A DNA stretch of 64,000 nucleotides from Candidatus Colwellbacteria bacterium (GTDB lineage Bacteria > Patescibacteriota > Minisyncoccia > UBA6257 > Colwellbacteraceae). The stretch's first letter is position 1, and each line of letters begins with the position of its first letter. The DNA is taken from contig JACOWZ010000003.1 in the NCBI GenBank assembly GCA_016176525.1, positions 256,001-320,000 on the forward strand. The letters are read 5' to 3'. The position numbers and the translations under genes were made by a program. Shown in pieces: positions 35,217 to 45,163 of this stretch. The notes below the pieces were generated by a model. That model searched no databases. It worked only from the letters and a program-made list of their open reading frames with translations, and had not been told where the DNA came from.

Positions 35217-36328
35217 AAAGAATAAAAGTCTTTATATTTATTCCATCTTTGGTCGGCGGAGGAGCCGAACGAGTATCATCTAGAATTGCATCGTGTCTTA
35301 ACCCAGAATTATTTGATACTATGCTTGTTGTTGGTAAAAAAGAAGGCGAATATGTCTCTCAACTTCCACCGACTCTCGCCGTACGCGATCTTAACAAAAA
35401 GCGTGTGCGCAGCTGCATAATTCCACTTGCGCGTCTTTTTAGGCAGGAGAAGCCGGATGTTGTAATTTCTTTTATGCACCACAGTAATATTGCAGTGCTT
35501 ATGGCTAAAGTTTTGAGTATAAGTAAGGTTAAAGTCATTACGGCCGAGCGAAATGTTATGGAAAGCGCTTATAAGGGTTTCAGGCGTTTTTTTCTGCCGC
35601 TTACGCGCTTGCTGTATCGTTTTTCTGATGCTTCTTTGGCGGGTTCGGAAGGATTAAAAAAGAATATTATGGAGTTTTTGCATATCTCCGAAGAGAAGTT
35701 CCGGGTAATTTACAACCCAATTGATTTTGGGTTTATTCGCACAAAAAGTAGAGAAAGACCCAACCATCCTTGGCTCAGGAGCAAGGAACACCCATTGGTT
35801 TTAGGCGTGGGCAGGCTTGTACCCCAAAAGGATTTTGCTACTCTTATCCGCGCGTTTGCGCGCGCCAAAAAACCCAAGGACACTCGCCTTATTATTCTCG
35901 GGCAGGGACCGCTTCGCGAGGAGTTGCTTGGTTTGGCGAAAGAACTTGGAATTGCTGATTCCGTTGATTTTCCCGGGTTTCAAGAGAATCCGTATGTTTT
36001 TTTTGCAAATGCGGATGTGTTTGTGCTCTCTTCCATTTGGGAAGGATTTGGCAATGTAATCCCAGAATCTTTTGCGTTAAGAGTTCCAGTTGTAAGCACC
36101 GACTGCAATTATGGTCCGAACGAAATTATTGAAAATGAGGCAAATGGCATATTGGTGCCGCCTGGCGATCCAGAAGTAATGGCTAAAGGCATAGAGCGCA
36201 TGCTAAATGATAGAAAATTTGGCACGCAGTGCGCGGCAAATGCACAGAAAGACGCCGAACGCTTATCTATAGAAAAGATTACAGATCAATATCAAGATTT
36301 TATTCTTTCTGTAATTAAAAAGAAATGA
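35213..36328 (+). CDS. glycosyltransferase family 4
   Basis: SLVGGGAERV N-terminus, EGFGNVIPESFALRVPVVSTD. Confidence 0.7.
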   Translation: MKRIKVFIFIPSLVGGGAERVSSRIASCLNPELFDTMLVVGKKEGEYVSQLPPTLAVRDLNKKRVRSCIIPLARLFRQEKPDVVISFMHHSNIAVLMAKVLSISKVKVITAERNVMESAYKGFRRFFLPLTRLLYRFSDASLAGSEGLKKNIMEFLHISEEKFRVIYNPIDFGFIRTKSRERPNHPWLRSKEHPLVLGVGRLVPQKDFATLIRAFARAKKPKDTRLIILGQGPLREELLGLAKELGIADSVDFPGFQENPYVFFANADVFVLSSIWEGFGNVIPESFALRVPVVSTDCNYGPNEIIENEANGILVPPGDPEVMAKGIERMLNDRKFGTQCAANAQKDAERLSIEKITDQYQDFILSVIKKK

Positions 36329-37452
36329 AAGTTTTTCACATTATAACGGGTCTAAACACAGGTGGTGCAGAGATGATGTTATATAAGCTAATTCAGTATT
36401 CCTCTGGAGAGAATTTTCAGCACGAGGTTGTGTCTTTGACGGATATAGGTCCGGTTGGAAAAAAAATACAGCAACTTAGTGTGTCGGTGCGCGCTCTTCA
36501 TATGAGGGGCATTGATTTCCCGATTGCAGTTTTGCGCCTTGCGCTGTGGTTAAGGAGAAGCAAGCCAGATATTGTGCAAACTTGGATGTACCACGCAGAC
36601 TTGGTAGGCGGACTTGCGGCAAAACTTGCGTTTTCTGGTGCGCCGATTGTTTGGGGTATTCGTCAGACAAATTTACATACTAAGCTAAGTAAGCGGCGCA
36701 CTAGGTTGGTTGCGCGTTTTTCGGCTTTTCTTTCGCGGTGGGTTCCAGAAAAAATTATTTGCAATTCGTATTCTGGCAGAGATGTTCATATAAAAATGGG
36801 ATATGATAGCAAGAAGATGGTAGTTATTCCTAATGGCTTTGATATATCTAGGTTTCGTCTGGATTCAGAGGCAAGAATTTCAGTTAGAAAAGAACTCGGA
36901 GTTGCTCCAGACTCATTGCTTATAGGATATATTGCTAGGTTTGACCCGCAGAAAGACCATAAAATATTTATTGAAGCAGCTCGCATACTTAATGCTAATT
37001 TTAAGGATGTACATTTCGTTTTATGCGGACGTGGGGTCAATTGGGAGAACAAAGAACTTGTGTCATGTATTAAAAGAGCTGGACTTCAAGATAGATTTTA
37101 TTTACTAGGTGAGAGAGATGATATTCCTACGATTACAGCGGCACTGGATGTTGCTAGCCTTACTTCAGCTTATGGAGAGGGGTTCCCGAATGTGGTGGGT
37201 GAGGCGATGGCAAGTGGGGTGCCGTGTGTGGTAACAGACGTAGGGGATGCGGCGGAGATTGTGGGAAATACCGGTATAGTGACAGGTATAGGTAGCGCGA
37301 AGGATATCGCTGATGGTTGGGCGGAATTTTTGGCAGTGCCAAAACAGGAACGCATACAGCTCGGGCAACGGGCCCGTGAACGAATAGAGAAACATTATGC
37401 TCTTAACCGGATAGTACAGGAGTATATGTCACTATATAATAAACTTTTATGA
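36325..37452 (+). CDS. glycosyltransferase family 4
   Basis: GLNTGGAEMMLYKL, EGFPNVVGEAMASGVPCVVTDVG. Confidence 0.7.
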   Translation: MKVFHIITGLNTGGAEMMLYKLIQYSSGENFQHEVVSLTDIGPVGKKIQQLSVSVRALHMRGIDFPIAVLRLALWLRRSKPDIVQTWMYHADLVGGLAAKLAFSGAPIVWGIRQTNLHTKLSKRRTRLVARFSAFLSRWVPEKIICNSYSGRDVHIKMGYDSKKMVVIPNGFDISRFRLDSEARISVRKELGVAPDSLLIGYIARFDPQKDHKIFIEAARILNANFKDVHFVLCGRGVNWENKELVSCIKRAGLQDRFYLLGERDDIPTITAALDVASLTSAYGEGFPNVVGEAMASGVPCVVTDVGDAAEIVGNTGIVTGIGSAKDIADGWAEFLAVPKQERIQLGQRARERIEKHYALNRIVQEYMSLYNKLL

Positions 37453-38783
37453 ATGTAGTAATCGGACTCTTTTTTATTCTTATACTTTCTGTAATTTTTG
37501 CATTTGTCTTATGGAAGTTTGGTATACGGGATAAGCGTGTATATATTTTTTTTGCGTTTACTCTTTTAATACATATTTCTGCGGTGCTTTTTATCGATCT
37601 TACAGACTTCCAACCATTTAGCGGAGGCGGTGGGGATTATAATAGTTATCACAAGGCGGCTGAATCTATCTCACGCGATATTAGACAATGGAATGCTTTT
37701 CCAGAACGTGATGAGCTGGGCGGCGTTAGCCATTATTATCCAGTGATCATTGGATATGTTTATTTCCTTACAGTTCCATCTATGGTAGTCGGCCAGCTTT
37801 TCAACGCTTGGATTGCTTCTATTGCTGTAATATTGTTGTACTTTATAGTTCTTGAAGTTACGCAATCGCCTAAATGGGCATTTAGTATTGGCTTGGGCGC
37901 AAACTTTTATCCTAGTTTTCTTTTTTATTCAAGTCTTCTTTTAAAAGATGTTTTTGTTATTGTGTTTGCTCTTGCCTCTGTGCTACTAATACTCCATCTT
38001 TTAAAGCGTTTTTCTTGGCGGTTATTTGCCTTGTTTTACGTTTCTATCATTTTACTTACGCATTTCCGTTTCTACGAGGGGTTTATTATGCTCGTAGCCT
38101 TTGTTGTTTCTTGGTTCTTGCTCTCGCGCGAACCGATTAAAGCACGTTTTACCAATGGCGTTGTATTACTTGTTTTATTGGGTTTTATTCCGCAGATGTT
38201 TGGGATGGGGTACTATGGGCTTGCAACGTTACAGCATTACGCAAATCCAGTAATAGTCGATTATTACCAAGATATAGCCTACACGGGTAAAGATGTAGCT
38301 CCTGCGCCAGTTACCCAAGAGCCAGTTAGCCAAGATCAAATTACCCAAGAGCCAGTTATCCAAACGGGTTTTGCTTCTACAACAGATGTAAAGGTTGATT
38401 TTTCAAGTCCCAAGGCATTTTTAACGAGTTTCCCTAAGGCTTTAACATTTGTTTCAATTGGGCCATTTCCTTGGCAGTTTAAGGAAGCGCGGCACTACTT
38501 TGCTTTGTTGGAAACAATTCCCTGGACAGCTTTGAGTGTTTTGATTTTGCTGGGCATTGTATATGCTATCAAGCAGAGGCACCCCGTGCTTTCTATAACA
38601 TTTTTTAGTTTAGGCTTATTTCTAATGCTTATGATTTATATAAGTAATTTTGGTATAACAATGCGCATCCGCATACCGGTATTTTTGCTACTTTCCGCTT
38701 TTATTCCGTTTGGTGTTGTTGAATTAAATTATTTGAAATCCCGATTCGTTGTTTTTATCAAAAAGAAGAACGCTATTTCATGA
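37449..38783 (+). CDS. polytopic membrane protein (possible GT-C-type glycosyltransferase or O-antigen polymerase)
   Basis: 444 aa with at least 10 TM segments, a first-loop DLTDFQPF acidic motif, and an internal PVTQEPVSQDQITQEPVIQ repeat. Confidence 0.4.
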   Translation: MNVVIGLFFILILSVIFAFVLWKFGIRDKRVYIFFAFTLLIHISAVLFIDLTDFQPFSGGGGDYNSYHKAAESISRDIRQWNAFPERDELGGVSHYYPVIIGYVYFLTVPSMVVGQLFNAWIASIAVILLYFIVLEVTQSPKWAFSIGLGANFYPSFLFYSSLLLKDVFVIVFALASVLLILHLLKRFSWRLFALFYVSIILLTHFRFYEGFIMLVAFVVSWFLLSREPIKARFTNGVVLLVLLGFIPQMFGMGYYGLATLQHYANPVIVDYYQDIAYTGKDVAPAPVTQEPVSQDQITQEPVIQTGFASTTDVKVDFSSPKAFLTSFPKALTFVSIGPFPWQFKEARHYFALLETIPWTALSVLILLGIVYAIKQRHPVLSITFFSLGLFLMLMIYISNFGITMRIRIPVFLLLSAFIPFGVVELNYLKSRFVVFIKKKNAIS

Positions 38784-39601
38784 AATTGCCCCTTGTGTCA
38801 GTGGTCCTACCAACCCGCGATCGTCTAGAAACACTAAAAAATGCGCTCACGACCGTGCTTAACCAAACATATCCAAATATGGAAATTGTGTTGGTTGATG
38901 ATTATTCGGACGAGAAAGCTAAACAGGGCATTGAAGAAATGGCGAAGAAAGAGCCGCGCATTCGTGTTGTCAGAAACGAGGTTAACCTTGGATTTGTTCG
39001 CTCTTTGAATAAGGGTATAAAAGAAGCAAAGGGAGAATATATCGCGAGGATTGATGATGATGATGCTTGGATTGATAAAAATAAATTAAAAAAGCAAGCA
39101 GAGTTTTTAGATAAACACCCAGATTGTACGGTTGTTAGTGGCGGCATTATTAGGATTGACGGCGATGGCAAGGAAATTTCGCGTGAACTTTTGCCGGAAA
39201 CCGATGAGAAAATTAGGAATATCATGCTTATAACCGACCCGATAGTGCACGTGGCTGCAATGTTTAGAAGGAAAGACTGGGAAATTGTTGGTGGGTATAA
39301 TGAAAGATTTCACTACTCACAGGATTGGGAGCTTTGGATGAGGTTGGGAAAACGAGGCAAGTATTATAACTTCCCGGAATATTTTGTGCGTTCTATTTTT
39401 TCAAGCGAGGGGCGGTCCAGCAAAAATATGCGCTATCATTTGTCACTTAGCTTAAAAGCTAGAGAGATACACAAGAATGAATTCCCCAACTTTTGGAAGG
39501 GATATATACTCGGCTGGGTGTCGTATCTATTTTCTTTTATACCTATTCGTCTCCGAGTACGTCCGTTTTTTATTAAAATAAAGAAATTGATTTTAAAATG
39601 A
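38780..39601 (+). CDS. glycosyltransferase family 2
   Basis: VSVVLPTRDRLETLKNALTTVLNQTYPNMEIVLVDDYSDE. Confidence 0.75.
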   Translation: MKLPLVSVVLPTRDRLETLKNALTTVLNQTYPNMEIVLVDDYSDEKAKQGIEEMAKKEPRIRVVRNEVNLGFVRSLNKGIKEAKGEYIARIDDDDAWIDKNKLKKQAEFLDKHPDCTVVSGGIIRIDGDGKEISRELLPETDEKIRNIMLITDPIVHVAAMFRRKDWEIVGGYNERFHYSQDWELWMRLGKRGKYYNFPEYFVRSIFSSEGRSSKNMRYHLSLSLKAREIHKNEFPNFWKGYILGWVSYLFSFIPIRLRVRPFFIKIKKLILK

Positions 39602-40752
39602 TAAGAATTTGCCATATTGCCACCTCGGACATCGCGCTTAGATTTTTAACGTTTAACCAGCTCCGCCACTTTAAAAGTGAGGGATACGAAGTTACGGTAG
39701 TCTGTTCGCCAGGAAATTGGACGAGCGACATTGAAAAGGCAGGTATTAAAGTAAAGACAATTCCAATGGCAAGAAGTATAACTCCTTTAAAAGATGTTGT
39801 TTCTTTTTGGAAGCTCTACAAATTTATTAATAAGGAGAAATTTGACATAGTGCATACCTATACGCCAAAGGCTGGTCTTTTGGGTTCATGGGCGGCAAAG
39901 TTCGCTGGGGTCCCCATTATAATCCACTCTAATTTGGGGCTTTATTTTCATGAACACTCTTCGCGGCTTAGAAAATTGGTTTTTGGTTGGGTTGAGCGCT
40001 TGAGTGTTTTATCCGCCGATATTATTTTTTCGGTTGATAGAGAAGATATAGAGATAGCAAGACAGAAACACATTGGCAAACCTGATGCATGGCGATATCT
40101 TGGCGGCTGGGTAGATTTAGAAAGATTTAATCCTGACAAGTTTTCTTCGACTTTTAAGAATAAGAAGAAAAAGGAACTTAGGATAGATGAGTACAAAAAA
40201 GTAATCGGCATTGCAGCAAGGCTCGTTGCAGAAAAGGGGTATTTAGAGCTTTTTGATGCATTTAAAAAAGTCTTAGAGAAGCATCCAAACACAACTTTAC
40301 TTGTTATTGGGCCTGAGGAGAATAAAAAAGATGCTGTTAATCCTTCTGTGGCGAAGAAGTATGATATTCAGAACTATGTTAAATTCTTAGGCGTGCGTAC
40401 TGATATGCCAGAGCTATATAGTGTAATGGATGTTTTTACACTCCCTTCGCACCGTGAGGGCATAGGCATTTCCATTCTTGAGGCCTCTGCAATGGGATTG
40501 CCGTCTGTATCTACGAATGTACGCGGATGCCGCGAGGCAGTTGATGATGGCAAGACCGGCATTCTTGTGCCACATAAAAATTCAGAGAAACTTGCAGAAG
40601 CCCTGCTTTGGGTGCTCGAGCACCCCGAAGAAGCAAAACAGATGGGCAAGGCTGGTAGAGCTAAAGTTGAGCGTGAGTTTGACGAAAAACTTGTCTTTGA
40701 GCGTTTGGACAGAGAGTACAAAAGATTAATTGAGGAGAAACTTAAGAAATGA
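39598..40752 (+). CDS. glycosyltransferase family 4
   Basis: REGIGISILEASAMGLPSVSTNVRG. Confidence 0.7.
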   Translation: MIRICHIATSDIALRFLTFNQLRHFKSEGYEVTVVCSPGNWTSDIEKAGIKVKTIPMARSITPLKDVVSFWKLYKFINKEKFDIVHTYTPKAGLLGSWAAKFAGVPIIIHSNLGLYFHEHSSRLRKLVFGWVERLSVLSADIIFSVDREDIEIARQKHIGKPDAWRYLGGWVDLERFNPDKFSSTFKNKKKKELRIDEYKKVIGIAARLVAEKGYLELFDAFKKVLEKHPNTTLLVIGPEENKKDAVNPSVAKKYDIQNYVKFLGVRTDMPELYSVMDVFTLPSHREGIGISILEASAMGLPSVSTNVRGCREAVDDGKTGILVPHKNSEKLAEALLWVLEHPEEAKQMGKAGRAKVEREFDEKLVFERLDREYKRLIEEKLKK

Positions 40753-41333
40753 CATATCTGTTTTTAAAAAGACTAATTGATGTTGTGGTTAGTATTGTTA
40801 CTATTATTTTGCTTGCCCCGCTTTTTTTAGTGATTGCGATATTTATTAAGTTGGATTCACCTGGGCCGGTATTTTACGCGCAGAGGCGTTTAGGGTATAA
40901 GCAAAAGATCTTTAAGATTTTTAAGTTTCGCACAATGGATAAAGACGCGGACCAGATAAAAGTTTCTATAGAACAAGTTAGAAAGTGGGAGGATGAACGC
41001 AGTGATCCGAGAGCGACACGGATAGGAAGGTGGTTGCGTAGAACCGGCATTGATGAGCTACCCCAACTTTTAAATGTTTTAAAGGGCGATATGAGTTTTG
41101 TGGGCCCGCGGCCGTATTATCAACTACGGATAGATGCTGACCCAAGCCTAAAAGAGCGACTCGGAATTAAACCCGGATGTGTTTCTTTATCGCTGGTTAA
41201 GGGTGGAGTGCATCTAACTGACGAAGAGATTAAAAAAATAGACAGAGAATATGAGGCAAAGCGCAATTTGTGGCTGGATATAAAAATTTTACTTAAGTTT
41301 ATATATCTGGTAATTTCTGGTAAGGGTTTTTAA
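40749..41333 (+). CDS. small phosphoglycosyl (sugar-1-phosphate) transferase, PglC/WbaP C-terminal-domain type
   Basis: 194 aa, a single N-terminal TM segment, KRLIDVVVSIVTIILLAPLF...GPVFYAQRRLG...MSFVGPRP motif. Confidence 0.8.
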   Translation: MTYLFLKRLIDVVVSIVTIILLAPLFLVIAIFIKLDSPGPVFYAQRRLGYKQKIFKIFKFRTMDKDADQIKVSIEQVRKWEDERSDPRATRIGRWLRRTGIDELPQLLNVLKGDMSFVGPRPYYQLRIDADPSLKERLGIKPGCVSLSLVKGGVHLTDEEIKKIDREYEAKRNLWLDIKILLKFIYLVISGKGF

Positions 41334-41339
41334 TTATAT

Positions 41340-41735
41340 ATGGCAGATAGATTTGATAATTGGCAAAAACCGGATATAGAAGACGGTAAACCTACTAAAT
41401 GGAACTGGGTTGTTCGCGGCGTTAATGGGCTTACCCTTGGCGAGAAAACAGATATAGGTGCGTTTACTTATATTCAGGCTCAAGAAGGGGTTGTAATAGA
41501 AGACGAAGTGCAAATTGGTGCACACTGCTCTATCTATTCTGTCTCTACTATAGATGGCGACAAAGGCAAAGTAGTTTTAAAAAAGAACTGCAAGATAGGA
41601 GCAAACAGCGTTATTTTGCCCGGCGTGACTATTGGAGAAAATGCAGTGATTGGAGCGATGTCTTTGGTTAAAAGCGACATTCCGGCAAATTCGGTTGCGT
41701 TTGGCATCCCCGCCAAAGTACAACGTAAAATATAA
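41340..41735 (+). CDS. hexapeptide-repeat (left-handed beta-helix) sugar N-acetyltransferase, PglD-like
   Basis: Tandem hexapeptide repeats (IGAHCSIYSVSTIDG..., IGANSVILPGVTIGENAVIGAMSLV). Confidence 0.7.
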   Translation: MADRFDNWQKPDIEDGKPTKWNWVVRGVNGLTLGEKTDIGAFTYIQAQEGVVIEDEVQIGAHCSIYSVSTIDGDKGKVVLKKNCKIGANSVILPGVTIGENAVIGAMSLVKSDIPANSVAFGIPAKVQRKI

Positions 41736-41741
41736 AACAAA

Positions 41742-42881
41742 ATGACTTGGAGAGTACCACTTTTTAAAATTTTGTCGGACGAGGCGGACGTTAAGGCAGT
41801 TTCCCAGATTATTAAGAGTGGCCTAAATTGGGCAACCGGCAGCGAAGTGGCTGATTTTGAGAAAGAACTCGCAAAGTATGTGGGCGTAAAATATGCGGCT
41901 GCATTTAACTCTGGCACTTCTGCACTACACGCCTTACTCTTGGCACTTCACATCGGCAAGGGCGATGAAGTTATAGTGCCATCTTTTACTTTTATAGCTA
42001 CTGCAAATGCGGTACTTTTTGTGGGCGCTAAACCTGTTTTTGCCGAGATTGAAGGCGAAACTTATGGGTTAGATCCAAAAGATGTTGAGAAAAAAATAAC
42101 CAAGCGAACCAAAGCAATAATGCCGGTGCATTTTGGCGGCGGCGCTTGTAAGTACATACTCGAATTAAGAAAACTAGCCAAAAAACATAAATTGCTTCTT
42201 TTGGAAGACGCAGCCGAATCTTTGGGGGCAACCGTTGGCGGGAAATATGTTGGGTCTTTTGGTTATGCCGCAATGATAAGCCTTTGCGCTCCAAAAGTTA
42301 TTTCTACCGGCGAGGGCGGTGTAATAGTTACAAACTCGCGGGACTTATACGAAAAACTAAAACTTCTCCGCTCACACGGCAGGGCAGACACCAAAGATTA
42401 TTTTGCAACCACAGAGTATTTAGATTATATCCAGCTTGGGTATAATTTCCGCCTCTCAAATATTTTAGCGGCACTCGGCAGAACGCAGTTAGAGAAAATC
42501 GAAAAGTTAATTGCAATGCGCCGCAAAAACTCCGCTTATCTTACAAAGCAACTAAAAGGTGTCCCTGGAATTTCATTGCCTATAGAGCCTAAGGGTTATC
42601 GTCATATTTACCAGATGTATACAATTCAAACAAAGAATAAAAAGGTGCGCGATGCCCTACAAAAGCACTTAAACCAAAAAGGGATTATGGCTAAAGTGTA
42701 TTTTCCGTCAATTCATCTATCAAAGTTTTATCGCAAAATGGGGCATAAGAGCGGCAGTTTGCCTAAAACAGAGGGTTTATCTAATATTGTGCTAACGCTT
42801 CCAATGTACCCGGAGCTCACAAAGAGCCAGATGGATTTTATGGCAAAAGAGATTAAAAGTTTTTTTAATGGACAAGAATAA
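41742..42881 (+). CDS. DegT/DnrJ/EryC1/StrS-family sugar aminotransferase, PglE-like
   Basis: 379 aa, GTSALHALLLAL...PSFTFIATANAV..., ISLCAPKVISTGEGGV. Confidence 0.75.
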   Translation: MTWRVPLFKILSDEADVKAVSQIIKSGLNWATGSEVADFEKELAKYVGVKYAAAFNSGTSALHALLLALHIGKGDEVIVPSFTFIATANAVLFVGAKPVFAEIEGETYGLDPKDVEKKITKRTKAIMPVHFGGGACKYILELRKLAKKHKLLLLEDAAESLGATVGGKYVGSFGYAAMISLCAPKVISTGEGGVIVTNSRDLYEKLKLLRSHGRADTKDYFATTEYLDYIQLGYNFRLSNILAALGRTQLEKIEKLIAMRRKNSAYLTKQLKGVPGISLPIEPKGYRHIYQMYTIQTKNKKVRDALQKHLNQKGIMAKVYFPSIHLSKFYRKMGHKSGSLPKTEGLSNIVLTLPMYPELTKSQMDFMAKEIKSFFNGQE

Positions 42882-44355
42882 GTTTCTTAAAGCTATTAAA
42901 CGCTACAGAACCCTCATCACTCTCTTATTAGATGTGACTCTGGTTTTTCTTGCATTATATTTCTCATTTCTTTTGCGTTTTGACGGAGTAATACCCGCAG
43001 ACAGAGTAAGCGGTTTCTTGTGGTTTACAGGCGCGGCTATGCTTTTAACGCCAGTTGTATTTTATTTTTTTGGGTTATACAAAATTCCGTTTTCGTATGT
43101 AAGCCTTTCGGATATTCCCTCTATTGCAAAAGGAGTGCTGATGTCTGTGTTTATTTTGGGCACGGGGCTGTGGCTTATGCGCTTTGCGCCACAGCTTTTT
43201 GGTTTCCCGCGCTTAGTGATATTTCTCTACGCAATAATGCTATTTATATTTGCTGTTGGAGTGCGCTTTGCAAAAAGAATATATTGGCAAATCATAAGAA
43301 GCAACCCGGATGCATTGCGCATAAAAACACGGGAGACGCTTTTGCCTCTTACATCCAAATTTTTAAAAGACGGCAAGCCCGAGACAGTGCTCGTAACAGG
43401 TGGGGCGGGCTATGTAGGTTCTGTTTTGGTTAGAGAGCTTTTAGAGAATGGCTACAAGGTTAAGGTTTATGACAAAATGCTTTTTGGGACTAGTTCTCTT
43501 GCCTCTATAAAATCTACAAATTTGCAGATTATTGAAGCAAATATTTTAGACACCGGCAGTTTGGAGCGGGCGATGGCCGATGTACAGGCCGTGGTGCACT
43601 TGGCGGCAATTGTGGGCGAGGCCGCCTGCGCTGCAGACCAAGAGCTTGCAATACGTACAAATTATTTAGCGGCGGTAAATGTTGCACGCATGGCAAAGTC
43701 TTACGGAATAAAGCGATTTATATTTTTCTCAACGTGCAGCACTTATGGCAAGGCCCATAATGAGGACGTTGTAGACGAAAGTTCACCACTTCATCCGGTT
43801 GATTTTTATGGCGAGACAAAAATTTATGCAGAACGCGACATAATGCGTTTAGCAGACCACAATTTTTCTCCAACCATTTTGCGGCTCTCCACAGTTTACG
43901 GCCTTTCTCCGCGGATGAGGTTTGATCTTGTTGTAAACACATTTACTAAAAAAGCCGTGCGTGAAGGCAAAATTATGATTTTTGGCGGCAATCAGTGGCG
44001 GCCGCTTGTGCATGTTAAGGATGTTGCCCGCGCGGTGCTCTCTGTGCTCTCTGCGCCCTTGTCTAAAGTTGGAGGTGTTGCGTTTAATCTTGGAGGGAAT
44101 TCAGAAAACTATCTTATCTCAACACTTGGGGAATTGGTGAAACAAATATTCCCGGAAATAGAGGTAGAAACTCTAGAGAGCATAACAGACCAGCGCAGTT
44201 ATAAGGTAAAGTTTGATAAGATTGCAAAAGAGTTGGGTTTTAAGCCGTCTAAAACTGTTCGCGACGGCATAAAAGAGATTAAAGCTGCGTTTAAGGAAGG
44301 AGCTTTTCCAAATCCAGACGAGAAGAACTATTATAACCACTTGGTAAAGCAATGA
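42868..44355 (+). CDS. membrane-anchored NDP-sugar 4,6-dehydratase/epimerase (WbpM/PglF-like)
   Basis: Four N-terminal TM segments, then a Rossmann motif VLVTGGAGYVGSVLVREL and an extended-SDR catalytic region (YGETKIYAE). Confidence 0.7.
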   Translation: MDKNKFLKAIKRYRTLITLLLDVTLVFLALYFSFLLRFDGVIPADRVSGFLWFTGAAMLLTPVVFYFFGLYKIPFSYVSLSDIPSIAKGVLMSVFILGTGLWLMRFAPQLFGFPRLVIFLYAIMLFIFAVGVRFAKRIYWQIIRSNPDALRIKTRETLLPLTSKFLKDGKPETVLVTGGAGYVGSVLVRELLENGYKVKVYDKMLFGTSSLASIKSTNLQIIEANILDTGSLERAMADVQAVVHLAAIVGEAACAADQELAIRTNYLAAVNVARMAKSYGIKRFIFFSTCSTYGKAHNEDVVDESSPLHPVDFYGETKIYAERDIMRLADHNFSPTILRLSTVYGLSPRMRFDLVVNTFTKKAVREGKIMIFGGNQWRPLVHVKDVARAVLSVLSAPLSKVGGVAFNLGGNSENYLISTLGELVKQIFPEIEVETLESITDQRSYKVKFDKIAKELGFKPSKTVRDGIKEIKAAFKEGAFPNPDEKNYYNHLVKQ

Positions 44356-45143
44356 TTCTTTTACTTATAGCTTTGGCACAAGGCCTAGTGTGGGATGCGG
44401 ACCAAACAATAAATCTTACAGGCCCAAACGTAGAACTAACTATACTTTCGGGTTCGGAGGCAGATAGTTTAATTGTGCGAGATGATGATATCCAAGTTGT
44501 GGTTGCTAACCAAGATGTTTTTGAGGTACAGTCGGCGGGTGGAGAGTTATCTGTAGGCGGGGCGACAAGCGCGAATATTACTAAAACTTGTTCTAGCGGC
44601 AGCGTTTCTAAAATTAGCATCTCCGGCGGAGGTGACGGCGAAACAATAACTATTGCTCCAGGAGAGAATGCTTGTTCCAGCGGCGGTGGAGGCGGTGGTG
44701 GACGCCGCAGTGTTGTGCCTCCACCGGCTCCGGTACCGCCTCCTCCGGCCGTTTCGCCAGTGCCTGCGCCGTTTTTGTGCCCAAACGGCAACACAGTTGC
44801 TTCTAATTGTTTAGAGGCGCCAGTGCAGGAAGATTTACCTTTAGTTTGCAGCGATGTAGCTTTTGTTCGCAACCTTAATTTTGGTTCTGTTGGCGAGGAT
44901 GTGCGCTGCCTACAAGTATTATTTAACTTGAACCCGGCTTACAAAGTCGCGGACTCCGGCCCTGGCTCGTGGGGTTTAGAAACCGCTTATTTCGGGCCAC
45001 TGACAGTCACTGCCGCTATAAAATTCCAAGAATTTTATGCAAGTGATATTCTTACTCCAATTGGACTTATACACGGCACGGGCTTTATAGGCCCTATAAC
45101 CCGCATAAAGCTTAATACGCTTTTCCCCTTGCCCGTATTATAA
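44352..45143 (+). CDS. secreted protein with a CPNGNTVASNC motif, a Pro-rich linker and a peptidoglycan-binding-like C-terminal domain
   Basis: FLCPNGNTVASNCLEAP, and a PG_binding_1-like GSVGEDVRCLQVLFN...GYFGPLTVTAAIKFQ. Confidence 0.55.
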   Translation: MILLLIALAQGLVWDADQTINLTGPNVELTILSGSEADSLIVRDDDIQVVVANQDVFEVQSAGGELSVGGATSANITKTCSSGSVSKISISGGGDGETITIAPGENACSSGGGGGGGRRSVVPPPAPVPPPPAVSPVPAPFLCPNGNTVASNCLEAPVQEDLPLVCSDVAFVRNLNFGSVGEDVRCLQVLFNLNPAYKVADSGPGSWGLETAYFGPLTVTAAIKFQEFYASDILTPIGLIHGTGFIGPITRIKLNTLFPLPVL

Positions 45144-45163
45144 GGTTTGATATAATTCTTCTT

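Noticed and set aside
44291-44872. 193-aa minus-strand ORF (Gly/Pro-rich)
   Set aside because: It is the antisense shadow of the Gly/Pro-rich region of the + strand secreted protein at 44352..45143.
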